64,000 nt of DNA from Candidatus Oxydemutatoraceae bacterium. Lineage in GTDB: Bacteria; Pseudomonadota; Gammaproteobacteria; Poriferisulfidales; Oxydemutatoraceae. Shown in pieces: positions 48,336 through 57,965 of this stretch. The stretch covers positions 1,800,352 through 1,864,351 of the forward strand of contig OZ244779.1 of the NCBI GenBank assembly GCA_965219575.1. Direction: 5' to 3'. The position numbers were made by a program, and so were the translations under genes. Position 1 is the stretch's first letter, and each line of letters starts with the position of its first letter. Under the pieces are notes generated by a model. It saw only the letters and a list, made by a program, of their open reading frames with translations. It ran no database searches and was not told the origin of the DNA.

Positions 48336-49313
48336 CTAACGGCAATCTATTAAGATACGCCCCTGCACTCGCCTGCTCAGCAGTCGTTCAAAGCACATCG
48401 GCAATTCTTCCGGCTTGACAAGGTCGCAAAGCATCGCTTGTGCTAAAGTGGGCAGATATTTATCGCCTAGACTTTGCCAAATTTTCCGTTTCAGCGGCAT
48501 CGGACAATTCGCCGAAGTTACGCCGAGTAGGTTGATGCCGCGGATAATCAGCGGCATCACGTTGAGATTCACTTCCGACGATTCGGCCAAACCCACACTC
48601 ACTACATTGCCGCCGTTTCGGATGGCCTTTAGCAAGTTTGCCAGCGTGTTGCCACCTAGATTGTCTATCGCACCGCCCCATGTCGCTTTGGCCAATGCGC
48701 CGTCCACCGGACTAATCGCGCCGATGATTTTGGCGGCACCCAAACTCTTTAAGTACTCGTCGGCTTGCCGTTTATGGGTTGCCGCAACCGCTTCAAAGCC
48801 TAGTCGGTTGAGAAAATGCACGGCAAAACTTCCGACACCACCGCTCGCGCCGGTCACGACAACCGCGCCCAACTCGGGTGATTGGTCGTTTTGTAGCATG
48901 CGCTCCAAACTCAGTGCTGCGGTAAAACCGGCGGTGCCTATAATCATCGCAGTGCGCAAATCCAATCGTGACGGTACGGGAATGAGTATGTCGGCAGGCA
49001 CGATTGCATAAGGCGCATAACCACCGTCGTATATCTCTCCTAAACCACTGCCGGTTGCCAACACTTCGTCGCCCTTTTTGAATTCCGACACTGTGCTCTG
49101 CTCAACCACACCTGCCAAATCTATGCCCCCCGTCAATACTTCTTTTTTAATAATCGGTGCGCGACCGGTGGCGGCTATGGCATCCTTATAATTAACCCCC
49201 GAATAATGAACTTTAACTAAAACTTGACCTGCTTGAGGTTCGCCTATCTGCACGGTCTCGAAGCCGGCACGAAACGGTTTTTTATGGATACGAAAGGCTC
49301 GGCAACTTATCAT
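48336..49313 (-). CDS. yhdH: YhdH/AcuI-family NADPH-dependent oxidoreductase (MDR superfamily; putative acrylyl-CoA reductase)
   Basis: AMIIGTAGFTAALS and VVTGASGGVGS match E. coli YhdH. The probable start MISCRAF is in an ATGA overlap with the purK stop. Confidence 0.75.
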   Translation of the reverse strand: MISCRAFRIHKKPFRAGFETVQIGEPQAGQVLVKVHYSGVNYKDAIAATGRAPIIKKEVLTGGIDLAGVVEQSTVSEFKKGDEVLATGSGLGEIYDGGYAPYAIVPADILIPVPSRLDLRTAMIIGTAGFTAALSLERMLQNDQSPELGAVVVTGASGGVGSFAVHFLNRLGFEAVAATHKRQADEYLKSLGAAKIIGAISPVDGALAKATWGGAIDNLGGNTLANLLKAIRNGGNVVSVGLAESSEVNLNVMPLIIRGINLLGVTSANCPMPLKRKIWQSLGDKYLPTLAQAMLCDLVKPEELPMCFERLLSRRVQGRILIDCR

Positions 49314-50479
49314 CGCAACGCACCCTCTTGCAATGCTCGGTGATATTGCTCGGCACAATCCTGTAATGCGTTGGGATCGGTATCGAAGTCCTCACCCAAC
49401 AAACAAAAATGTCCCATTTTTCTACCACTACGCGAGTGCCGCTTACCGTATAAGTGTAACCGTAATCTCGGGTCTTTTAATAAAATATCCCACTGCGGCT
49501 CTCCGTTTTTCCATAAATCACCGAGTAGGTTGACCATCACCACCGGCACTAACAGTTGCGTGTCGGATGCCGGCAAGTCACACATCATTCTCACTTGCTG
49601 ATCAAACTGCGAACTTAGGCAAGCATCCAGAGTGTAATGTCCGGTATTGTGCGGACGCGGCGCAATTTCATTGACGAACAATTCTCCGCCCTGCTCGGTA
49701 TCTGTAACGAAAAACTCAACGGCTAAGATACCTTGATATTGCAGTGCGTCGGCTATGCGCCGAGCATCGTTGCGGGCTTGTGCCTGCAGAGCCTCATCTA
49801 CACTCGCCGGCACTCGGGATAGATGCAATATACCGTTTCTATGTATGTTCTCGGCAACCGGGAAAAATGTGCATATCCCCTGTTGCGAGCGTGCCAGCAC
49901 CACCGAAATCTCGCTCGCAAGCCGCAAACGGCTTTCGGCAACGCACGGCACTCGCTTCATCTCGTCGAATGCCGAATTAGCCTGCGCAACGCTATCAACC
50001 ACGCTTTGACCTTTGCCGTCATAACCCAGACGCGCGGTCTTTAATACCAGCGGAGACGACAAATGCTCGAACGCCTCGCCTATATCGGTAGCGCAATGCA
50101 CCGGATAGAAGGGCGTGGTTGCGACACCGGCATCTGTGATAAAGGTTTTTTCGGTGATACGGTCTTGGGCGATGTCTAAGGCATGTGCGGAAGGTCTGGT
50201 CGGCAGATCGTGTTTTTCCAAATGTTCGATAAGTTGCACCGGAACATTCTCGAACTCCAGAGTCGCAGCGTCGCATTCTCGCGCAAACCGTGAACATGCC
50301 GTATCGTCGGAAAATGGTTGCTTGATGTGTAGGTCGGCACTACGCCCGGCGGGACTATCGTCGGACGGATCCCAAACAACACAACGATAGCCCATCGTAT
50401 GTGCGCTGTTGACGAACATCAGACCTAATTGTCCACCGCCCAGTACTCCTAAGGTTGCGCCGGGGGCTAAGCTATTCAT
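49310..50479 (-). CDS. purK: N5-carboxyaminoimidazole ribonucleotide synthase
   Basis: ATP-grasp. N-terminal LGVLGGGQLG. 389 aa. Lies directly downstream of purE. Confidence 0.9.
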   Translation of the reverse strand: MNSLAPGATLGVLGGGQLGLMFVNSAHTMGYRCVVWDPSDDSPAGRSADLHIKQPFSDDTACSRFARECDAATLEFENVPVQLIEHLEKHDLPTRPSAHALDIAQDRITEKTFITDAGVATTPFYPVHCATDIGEAFEHLSSPLVLKTARLGYDGKGQSVVDSVAQANSAFDEMKRVPCVAESRLRLASEISVVLARSQQGICTFFPVAENIHRNGILHLSRVPASVDEALQAQARNDARRIADALQYQGILAVEFFVTDTEQGGELFVNEIAPRPHNTGHYTLDACLSSQFDQQVRMMCDLPASDTQLLVPVVMVNLLGDLWKNGEPQWDILLKDPRLRLHLYGKRHSRSGRKMGHFCLLGEDFDTDPNALQDCAEQYHRALQEGALR

Positions 50480-50486
50480 CTCGAAC

Positions 50487-50996
50487 TTAAGGTTCTAGGG
50501 TGCTGTTATGCACAGCCTGTTGCTGCGCTTGTCCGAAATCTTCTAGGGCTTTTTGTAGCGACCGAGAATGTGTTGCGAGCATCCGACAAGCAAATAAAGC
50601 GGCATTTGCCGCACCCGCTTCACCGATCGCAAAAGTTGCAACCGGCACGCCTTTGGGCATCTGCACGATGGATAGCAAGGAATCTTGTCCTTTCAAATGC
50701 GCAGTGGGTATAGGCACGCCCAATACCGGTAGCGTGGTTAACGACGCAATCATTCCCGGTAAGTGGGCAGCTCCGCCGGCACCGGCAATAATGCACTGCA
50801 ATCCACGCGACTCGGCACTTTGTGCGTATCGATACATCAGCTCCGGTGTGCGGTGCGCCGATACGACTTTCTTTTCGAAATGCACAGCGAAGCGTGCCAA
50901 CATCTCGGCAGCACACCGCATTACCGGCCAGTCGCTTTGGCTACCCATCACGATGCCCACGAGTGTATCATCGGCAGATATATTTTCAGCTGACAT
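50487..50996 (-). CDS. purE: N5-carboxyaminoimidazole ribonucleotide mutase
   Basis: [11 protein letters not shown] and [10 protein letters not shown] are PurE signatures. Confidence 0.9.
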   Translation of the reverse strand: MSAENISADDTLVGIVMGSQSDWPVMRCAAEMLARFAVHFEKKVVSAHRTPELMYRYAQSAESRGLQCIIAGAGGAAHLPGMIASLTTLPVLGVPIPTAHLKGQDSLLSIVQMPKGVPVATFAIGEAGAANAALFACRMLATHSRSLQKALEDFGQAQQQAVHNSTLEP

Positions 50997-51026
50997 GGTA
51001 TTGATAATCCGATAAAGATTTGTATT

Positions 51027-53129
51027 CTAACTGCTTTTGCCGAAACTTTTCAATACGAATGCGTACTTGAACGCAATTTCTTTTAGATAATCGAAACGTC
51101 CGGCAGCACCGGCGTGTCCCTTGCCCATATCCACCTTTAACAACAAACAACGATTGTCTTTCTTATACGCACGCAGTTTTGCGACCCATTTGGCAGGCTC
51201 CCAATAGCCGACGCGCGGGTCGCTCAATCCCGCCGTCACCAACATGTCGGGGTAAGATTGGCGTTTAACCTGATCGTAGGGGGAATACGATTTTATATAG
51301 CGGTAGAGTTCGTAATCGTCTATGGGGTTGCCCCATTCTTGCCATTCCGGAGGAGTCAGCGGCAAGTTGGCATCGCACATCGTATTCAGCACATCGACGA
51401 AAGGCACTTCGGCAAGTGCCGTATTGAACAGTTCGGGGGCGGTATTGATTGCATTGCCGATCGTCATACCGCCTGCCGAGCCGCCGTGTATCGCAATGCC
51501 ACCGCGATAACCGAGCTTCTGCTCTATCAAATAATCGGCACACGCGATGAAATCGTTGAAAGTATTCTTCTTTTGCTTGAATTTTGCGGTTTTATACCAC
51601 GCGTAGCCTTTCTCCGTACCGCCGCGGATATGGGCAATCGCATAAATAAACCCTCTGTCAATCAAAGACAAACGATGTGTAGAAAAAGCTGCCGGCATCG
51701 GGTATCCGTATGCACCGTAAGCATAAAGCAACAACGGCGCGCTACCGTCGAGCGGGGTGCTGTTGAGATAGACTATGCTGATCGGAATATCCACACCGTC
51801 GTCGCCACGTGCATGAAGCTGTCGTGTGCTATAACGGCTTGCGTCATAACCACTCGGTAGTCGTTGCGCTTTGCGCAGTGTGCGTCGGTGACTTTGCATA
51901 TCGTAATCGTAGATGCAACGCGGTGTCTTCGGCGAACTATACTTAAGACGAAGTATCCGACTATCGTATTCAAAAATATCTACCAAATCGGCTTCGTAGC
52001 ACGGTTCGTCAAAGTGGATATATTGCGTTTGCACCTGCGAAAATTGATTGACTATCGAGGTGGGTATCAGTGCAATATGCGTTGCGGCATCGCATCGTTC
52101 CAGACACACCAAGTAATCCTTGAACACCATAAAACCTTCCAATAGTACGCCGAGTTCGGGAATGTAGATGTCGTGCCAAACAGCCGGCTTGTCTATATCG
52201 GCAACCGAGAGCTTGAAGTTTTCGGCACCCGCAGCGTTGTTATAAATAAGCAATTTTCCGCAACACTCCTCGGTCTTATATTCGGTATTCAATTCGCGCC
52301 GGCGTACCAACTCGGGTGCTTGCCCGGGTGCATCGGCGGGAATTATCCAATCCTCCGATGTCGTATGGTCGTAGCTATGTATCACGATAAAACGGCGAGA
52401 GCGGGTATGATACAAATCGATGAAAAAACCCGGATCTTTTTCTTTGTATACCGACACGGTTTTATCGGGTGCATCGTCTATGCAGTAACAAAACACCGAA
52501 TCGGGACGGTGGACATCGTTCAGCTTGACATAAAACAGATGACGGCTATCGGCAGACCAAACCAAGTCGCCGTGCAAGCGGTCGAATAATCGCCGCACCG
52601 GCATATCGCCATGCGTGTTGCGTAGATACAGCGTATAACATTCGGATCCGTTATCGTCTACGCAATAGGCTATATAGCGATGGTCGGGACTATGACTAAA
52701 ACCGACGACTTGGAAATAGTCCGACCCTTCGGCTGCGCGATTGACATCCAGCAACACCTCTTCGGTTTGATCGGCAAGCAGGCGACGGTTATAAATCGGA
52801 TACTGTTTGCCTTCGTGATAGCGTAAATAATACTCGTAATTCCCGTCTTTATCGGGTACCGATCGGTCTTCTTCCTGAATACGCCCTCGCAACTCCTCAT
52901 AAAGGTTTTGCTGCAAATCTTCGCTGTCTTTCATCATCGCTTCGGTATAAGCGTTCTCGGCTTCCAGATAACGACGTATTTCGGGTTCCAGTTTAGTCGA
53001 GTCGGTCAACATTTGTTGCCAATGCCGGCTACGCAACCAGGCATATTCATCGACCCGAACATCGTCGTGATTACAAAACTCGGTAGGAATACGATCGGCG
53101 ACGGGCGCAATAAGAGGTTCTTCGTGCAT
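51027..53129 (-). CDS. ptrB: Oligopeptidase B / S9 prolyl oligopeptidase family protease
   Basis: 700 aa. The C-terminal peptidase S9 domain carries GGSAGG. The N-terminus is propeller-like. Confidence 0.85.
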   Translation of the reverse strand: MHEEPLIAPVADRIPTEFCNHDDVRVDEYAWLRSRHWQQMLTDSTKLEPEIRRYLEAENAYTEAMMKDSEDLQQNLYEELRGRIQEEDRSVPDKDGNYEYYLRYHEGKQYPIYNRRLLADQTEEVLLDVNRAAEGSDYFQVVGFSHSPDHRYIAYCVDDNGSECYTLYLRNTHGDMPVRRLFDRLHGDLVWSADSRHLFYVKLNDVHRPDSVFCYCIDDAPDKTVSVYKEKDPGFFIDLYHTRSRRFIVIHSYDHTTSEDWIIPADAPGQAPELVRRRELNTEYKTEECCGKLLIYNNAAGAENFKLSVADIDKPAVWHDIYIPELGVLLEGFMVFKDYLVCLERCDAATHIALIPTSIVNQFSQVQTQYIHFDEPCYEADLVDIFEYDSRILRLKYSSPKTPRCIYDYDMQSHRRTLRKAQRLPSGYDASRYSTRQLHARGDDGVDIPISIVYLNSTPLDGSAPLLLYAYGAYGYPMPAAFSTHRLSLIDRGFIYAIAHIRGGTEKGYAWYKTAKFKQKKNTFNDFIACADYLIEQKLGYRGGIAIHGGSAGGMTIGNAINTAPELFNTALAEVPFVDVLNTMCDANLPLTPPEWQEWGNPIDDYELYRYIKSYSPYDQVKRQSYPDMLVTAGLSDPRVGYWEPAKWVAKLRAYKKDNRCLLLKVDMGKGHAGAAGRFDYLKEIAFKYAFVLKSFGKSS

Positions 53130-53230
53130 GTTTTTGATTTACGGTATTAACCGATATAGATAGAGTGGCTGCCTGTTGGTTTTGATATATAAAATATTTT
53201 TAATGGCCTTATGCAATCGCAATAGACCAC

Positions 53231-53491
53231 TTATTTTATCGATAACAATGCAAACATAATGCCGACCAGACTAACAATGATGCCGGCAAAACCAATGCCG
53301 ATAATGGTGTTTGCAATGATATTATCTTTTTTAATTTGGTCCAATTTTTCGAGTACCAACTGAATACCATTCGATACTTGGCTATCAACCGCACGCGCAG
53401 TGGTCTCGGCTTGAACTCGTGACATGCCTGCTTGTTCCAGTTTATGCATAGTATTGAACACCTCTTCGCTTGAATTAAATGGCTTAGACAT
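53231..53491 (-). CDS. DUF1640 family protein (paralog of 20760-21074)
   Basis: FNTMHKLEQAGMSRVQAE plus a C-terminal TM helix. Confidence 0.65.
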   Translation of the reverse strand: MSKPFNSSEEVFNTMHKLEQAGMSRVQAETTARAVDSQVSNGIQLVLEKLDQIKKDNIIANTIIGIGFAGIIVSLVGIMFALLSIK

Positions 53492-53494
53492 TAT

Positions 53495-53640
53495 TATCTC
53501 CTATTGCTTAAAAATTGTAAATAGTGCGTGCGCACGCGACCTTATTCGCAATATTAGCCGATATGAAAACCCGAGAATTCGTTATCCGACGAACGGTCGT
53601 ATTTTGGTATATAAAAGGTATCCGACGGTTGGGTTGTACT
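53495..53640 (-). promoter_or_regulatory. Upstream element E, copy B. It starts 4 nt from the DUF1640 start codon, and its first bases supply the RBS (aggaga). It contains a perfect 12-bp palindrome GCGTGCGCACGC.
   Basis: Aligned by eye with 32005-32160 (about 85% identity) and with 21077-21215. Confidence 0.55.
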
Positions 53641-54154
53641 AAAAAGGTTGTTCTTTGAGGGTCGTATAGTGTGCGCTTTCCGAACTCAGTTCCGAGCGTT
53701 CTACATGAAGCGAGCGAACATGCCATTGCACGGTGGTATCGAGAGGTTCACAAAACGGTGGTGTGGCTACTCCTCTGTAGAGGGTGACATGAGGCTTGAA
53801 GGTGCGCGGGGTTTTGAATCGGCACGGTGATAGTGCTTTGCATAGTTGTTTGTGCAGAGATAATAATTCTATCGGTATGATGTTCGGTGCTATATAAAAA
53901 ATGCGGTGGCGTTCGAAGTATCCGAATTCTCCGAGCGTCATATCGAATGCACCGATATCGATGTTCGTAATTTTATCCAGTACGCATTGTTTGCGTTCGG
54001 AGTCGCAATCACCGAGAAAAGCCAAAGTCAGATGTAGGCTCCGGGGTGGCATCATCCTACCGCTCACAAGCACTTTTCGTTGTATCCTAATTAAGTTTTT
54101 GCAAGTTTCTGCGTCGGGGCACAAAGCAATGAAGATACGCTCTTTACTCGCCAT
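53639..54154 (-). CDS. thpR: RNA 2',3'-cyclic phosphodiesterase (2H phosphoesterase, ThpR/LigT)
   Basis: Two HxTx motifs, HLTLAFLG and HVTLYRG. Confidence 0.8.
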   Translation of the reverse strand: MASKERIFIALCPDAETCKNLIRIQRKVLVSGRMMPPRSLHLTLAFLGDCDSERKQCVLDKITNIDIGAFDMTLGEFGYFERHRIFYIAPNIIPIELLSLHKQLCKALSPCRFKTPRTFKPHVTLYRGVATPPFCEPLDTTVQWHVRSLHVERSELSSESAHYTTLKEQPF

Positions 54155-54163
54155 ACGATACGC

Positions 54164-55144
54164 TCACGAAAACCGATCAAAAATATGGTCGGCTAAGGCA
54201 CCGTGTTCGAGCAAAGCGGATTTCATAGAATCCGAAAGTTCGGAGGGTAGGCATAAATAAAAATCGGTATCCAAAAGTTGCGGGTGGTCGCCGGTAATCT
54301 GTTGTATCCAGTCGGCAACGCACGATGGGTCATCGCTTGCATCGGTCAATATCGAATATTCTAGTTGGTCTAAGGCATCGCGCCATGCGAAACATAAGTT
54401 TTCCATATAAATCGGTAGCTCAAAACTTGTTCTATACAGATGTATCGGCACTTCGCTTTCTTGCGCGACGATATGCTCTATCAGGCTTTTGGTTTCGGCA
54501 AAACCTGTGTCGCAGGCTATCAAAACCATCGGTCTTTCTAGATCCTCGCTGAAACTAAAGCATCCATAAGGTCCCTCTACATCGAACCATTCTCCGAGAC
54601 GGTATTGTTCGCATAAGTTACGCGGTGCCTCATTATCGCCGCACTGTATATGAAATTCCAGTTCGGTCGCATCGCAAGGGCAACTGGCGATAGACAGATA
54701 CCGATTACCGTAATCCCGATGTTTTAAGACAACCGACTGCCCGGCCATAAATCTAAGACGGTGGCTACGCGCAACCCGCATACGCACCACTACGAGTTGT
54801 TCGGTTATTTTATCTACCTTGGATAACTTGGCGCGGAAACTTTGAAACGGTATGTGTATGCTACTATCGGCAATCTCGGCTTCTACGGTGATATCGCTTA
54901 TCGGTGTATGCGAACACATCAAAAAATAATTTTGCGCTTTCAGGTTCTCGGCAAATACATAATCGGAGTCCTTGATTCTATCTATTTCACCTTTGATCAG
55001 GCGCGCCGAACACAAACCGCAATTGCCGTTATTGCAACCGTAAGCAACATTCAAACCCGCTTTGAGTGCGGCCTCGAGTATTGCTTCGCCGTGTTCTAAG
55101 ACAAATCGTTTGCCGTCGGCTTCCAGTAAAACTTCAAAAGACAT
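54164..55144 (-). CDS. Ferredoxin-NAD(P) reductase-family oxidoreductase with an N-terminal plant-type 2Fe-2S ferredoxin domain
   Basis: CNNGNCGLC...C cluster. RYLSIAS is the RxYS FAD motif. A NAD-binding GxG region follows. Confidence 0.75.
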   Translation of the reverse strand: MSFEVLLEADGKRFVLEHGEAILEAALKAGLNVAYGCNNGNCGLCSARLIKGEIDRIKDSDYVFAENLKAQNYFLMCSHTPISDITVEAEIADSSIHIPFQSFRAKLSKVDKITEQLVVVRMRVARSHRLRFMAGQSVVLKHRDYGNRYLSIASCPCDATELEFHIQCGDNEAPRNLCEQYRLGEWFDVEGPYGCFSFSEDLERPMVLIACDTGFAETKSLIEHIVAQESEVPIHLYRTSFELPIYMENLCFAWRDALDQLEYSILTDASDDPSCVADWIQQITGDHPQLLDTDFYLCLPSELSDSMKSALLEHGALADHIFDRFS

Positions 55145-55180
55145 GGGAATGTGCCGATATTGTATTTGTGTAGCCCTGCA

Positions 55181-55825
55181 TCAATCGAGTATTTGCATAA
55201 TTTTCTCTTGTACCGCCGCAATGCTCAGGGTACCGTCTACCGCGTTATACACTACGCGATGCGAATCGGCTTGCCGGGAATAATACGCAACCAACGGAGC
55301 TGTCTGGCGATGATAATTTTGCAGACGTTGGCCGACAACCTCGGGTTTGTCGTCTTCTCGTTGTATTAATTCCTCGCCGCTGAGGTCGTCTTTGCCCGGT
55401 TGCATCGGGGGTTGGTATTTTATATGGTATGTACGCCCCGACGCTCGATGTATACGACGACCGCCGATGCGCTCTATGATAACTTCGTCGGCAACCGCTA
55501 TTTCGATCACATACTCTACGGCGATGCCGTGTGCATCCAGTGCTTGTGCTTGAGCGAAGGTGCGCGGAAAGCCGTCGAATAAAAATCCCGCTTCGCAATC
55601 GGGACCGGCAACCCGTGTCTTGACCAAATCTATAATCAGACTATCCGGCACCAAATCACCGGCGGTCATATAGGCTTCGGCTTGCAGTCCTAATTCGGTA
55701 CGACCGCTCACCGCTTCGCGCAACATATCTCCGGTAGAAATTTGTGGTATCCTATACCGCTTACATATAAATTGCGCTTGTGTGCCTTTGCCGGCACCCG
55801 GCGCACCTAATAAAATGACTCTCAT
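55181..55825 (-). CDS. adk: Adenylate kinase
   Basis: [18 protein letters not shown]-loop. 214 aa. Confidence 0.9.
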   Translation of the reverse strand: MRVILLGAPGAGKGTQAQFICKRYRIPQISTGDMLREAVSGRTELGLQAEAYMTAGDLVPDSLIIDLVKTRVAGPDCEAGFLFDGFPRTFAQAQALDAHGIAVEYVIEIAVADEVIIERIGGRRIHRASGRTYHIKYQPPMQPGKDDLSGEELIQREDDKPEVVGQRLQNYHRQTAPLVAYYSRQADSHRVVYNAVDGTLSIAAVQEKIMQILD

Positions 55826-55875
55826 AATAAGTTTAACCGAAAATAAAAATTAAAAGATAGCATTATAATAGAACA

Positions 55876-57138
55876 ATGAGTAAAGCAAACATTCTTTACG
55901 CACAGTCCGGAGGGGCAACAGCCGTTATCAACGCGACCGCCTGCGGATTAATAGAAACCGCCCGAAGCTACTCCGATAAGATAGACAAAGTATATGCTGC
56001 GCACAACGGTATACTCGGCGTTCTCAACGAAGAGTTGATCAACACCGGTAATGAAAGCGATAAAAGCATTATGGCTTTGAAACATACACCGGGAAGTGCC
56101 TTCGGTACTTGCCGCTATAAACTTAAAGGAATAGAGGAGGATAAAGCACAATATCAAAGATTGATTGAAGTGTTCAAAGCGCATGATATCCGCTATTTCT
56201 TTTATAACGGTGGGGGAGATTCGCAAGATACCAGTCTTAAAATCTCTCAAATCGGGCAATCTTTCGGCTATCCTATAAACTGTATCGGTATACCCAAGAC
56301 CATAGATAACGATTTACCGCTCACCGATTGCTGTCCGGGATTCGGAAGTGTTGCAAAATATATCGCAACCTCGGTACGAGAAACTGCGCTCGATGTCGCC
56401 GGGATGGCTTCTACTTCAACCAAGGTGTTCGTTTTGGAAGTAATGGGCAGACACGCCGGTTGGATTGCAGCGGCATCCGGACTTGCACGCTCCTCCCAGC
56501 GAGATGCGCCACACTTGATTTTACTCCCCGAAGTGCCGTGGCACGAATCAAGAGCTCTGGCAAAAATTAAGCGACAAGTTGAATACAGAGGTTATTGCGT
56601 GGTTGTCGCATCGGAAGGATTAAGAGATAGAGAAGGTAGATTCCTCTCCGAAAGTGGTACGCACGATGCTTTCGGACATGCACAGTTAGGTGGCGTAGCA
56701 CCTTTGATTGCAAAAATCGTCAAAAATAAGCTGGGGTACAAATGCCATTGGGCGGTATCCGACTATCTGCAACGCTCGGCGCGTCATATTGCGTCTCGTA
56801 CCGATGTGGAACAGGCTTATACATTGGGACGGCAAGCGATAGAATTCGCACTTGCCGGGCATAATGCGGTGATGTTGACCATCGTTAGGTTGTCGGACAA
56901 ACCGTACCTATGGAAAGTCGGTTCGGTCGATCTGAGTAAAGTTGCCAACCGTGAATACACTCTGCCCAGAGAATACATAAGCAAAGACGGCCTTAGTACT
57001 ACGGCTGCTTGCGATAACTACATACGCCCGTTGATAGACGGCGAGGATTATCCTCCTTATGAAAAAGGCCTGCCGAAGTATGTAAAAATGAAAAAAGGCA
57101 TGATCACCAAACGTTTGGAAAAATTTGAGATTACTTAA
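55876..57138 (+). CDS. pfp: Pyrophosphate-dependent 6-phosphofructokinase (PPi-PFK)
   Basis: ILYAQSGGATAVINA, PKTIDNDL and MGRHAGW are PFK-A family motifs of the PPi-dependent subgroup known from methanotrophs. Confidence 0.8.
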   Translation: MSKANILYAQSGGATAVINATACGLIETARSYSDKIDKVYAAHNGILGVLNEELINTGNESDKSIMALKHTPGSAFGTCRYKLKGIEEDKAQYQRLIEVFKAHDIRYFFYNGGGDSQDTSLKISQIGQSFGYPINCIGIPKTIDNDLPLTDCCPGFGSVAKYIATSVRETALDVAGMASTSTKVFVLEVMGRHAGWIAAASGLARSSQRDAPHLILLPEVPWHESRALAKIKRQVEYRGYCVVVASEGLRDREGRFLSESGTHDAFGHAQLGGVAPLIAKIVKNKLGYKCHWAVSDYLQRSARHIASRTDVEQAYTLGRQAIEFALAGHNAVMLTIVRLSDKPYLWKVGSVDLSKVANREYTLPREYISKDGLSTTAACDNYIRPLIDGEDYPPYEKGLPKYVKMKKGMITKRLEKFEIT

Positions 57139-57141
57139 ACT

Positions 57142-57939
57142 ATGGAGGTACAAGAGTATTCAATAGATAAGGAACCACTCTATCTGAGTAGTGCCGACGA
57201 AATAGAGGTCTACACCAAAGCCTCTGCCAATAAATTGCCGGTATTGCTCAAAGGACCTACCGGTTGCGGTAAAACACGCTTTATAGAATATATGGCATGG
57301 CGACTTGAAAAACCTCTGATTACCGTCTCGTGTCACGACGATCTGAGCACATCCGATTTAGTCGGTCGCTATCTACTCAAAGACAACGAAACAACTTGGA
57401 TAGACGGCCCGCTTACTCGCGCAGTGCGCTACGGCTGTATTTGCTACTTGGACGAAATCGTAGAAGCACGCAAGGATACCACCGTCGTAATCCATCCTTT
57501 GTGCGACGACAGGCGCCTGTTGGCTATAGAAAAGCGCGGCGAACTGATCTCCGCCGACGATAATTTCTGTATGACGGTCTCTTACAACCCCGGCTATCAG
57601 AGTGTACTGAAAAATCTTAAACAAAGTACGCGGCAACGGTTTGTGGCAATAGAATTCAATTATCCGAACTCCGAAATAGAGCAGGAAATTTTATGCAAGG
57701 AAACCGGCATAGATGGCGAAACGGCAAAAAATTTAGTCCGATTCGCAGAGATGACACGTAATCTGAAAGGCAACGGCTTAGACGAAGGTGCCAGCACTCG
57801 CCTTTTGGTGCATACCGCAAAACTCATTGTGGCGGGCATCGCTGCACCTTCGGCGGTGCAACACTGCATCAGTTATGCCTTAAGCGACGACCCCCATATC
57901 TTAAGATCCATAGAGGAACTAAGCTCCTCGGTTTTCTGA
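57142..57939 (+). CDS. CbbQ/NirQ/NorQ/GvpN-family MoxR-type AAA+ ATPase
   Basis: LLKGPTGCGKTRF Walker A. Walker B reads CYLDEI. About 265 aa, typical of CbbQ/NorQ. Confidence 0.8.
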   Translation: MEVQEYSIDKEPLYLSSADEIEVYTKASANKLPVLLKGPTGCGKTRFIEYMAWRLEKPLITVSCHDDLSTSDLVGRYLLKDNETTWIDGPLTRAVRYGCICYLDEIVEARKDTTVVIHPLCDDRRLLAIEKRGELISADDNFCMTVSYNPGYQSVLKNLKQSTRQRFVAIEFNYPNSEIEQEILCKETGIDGETAKNLVRFAEMTRNLKGNGLDEGASTRLLVHTAKLIVAGIAAPSAVQHCISYALSDDPHILRSIEELSSSVF

Positions 57940-57965
57940 ATCGGCGGTAGCGAAGGTTTCGGTAA

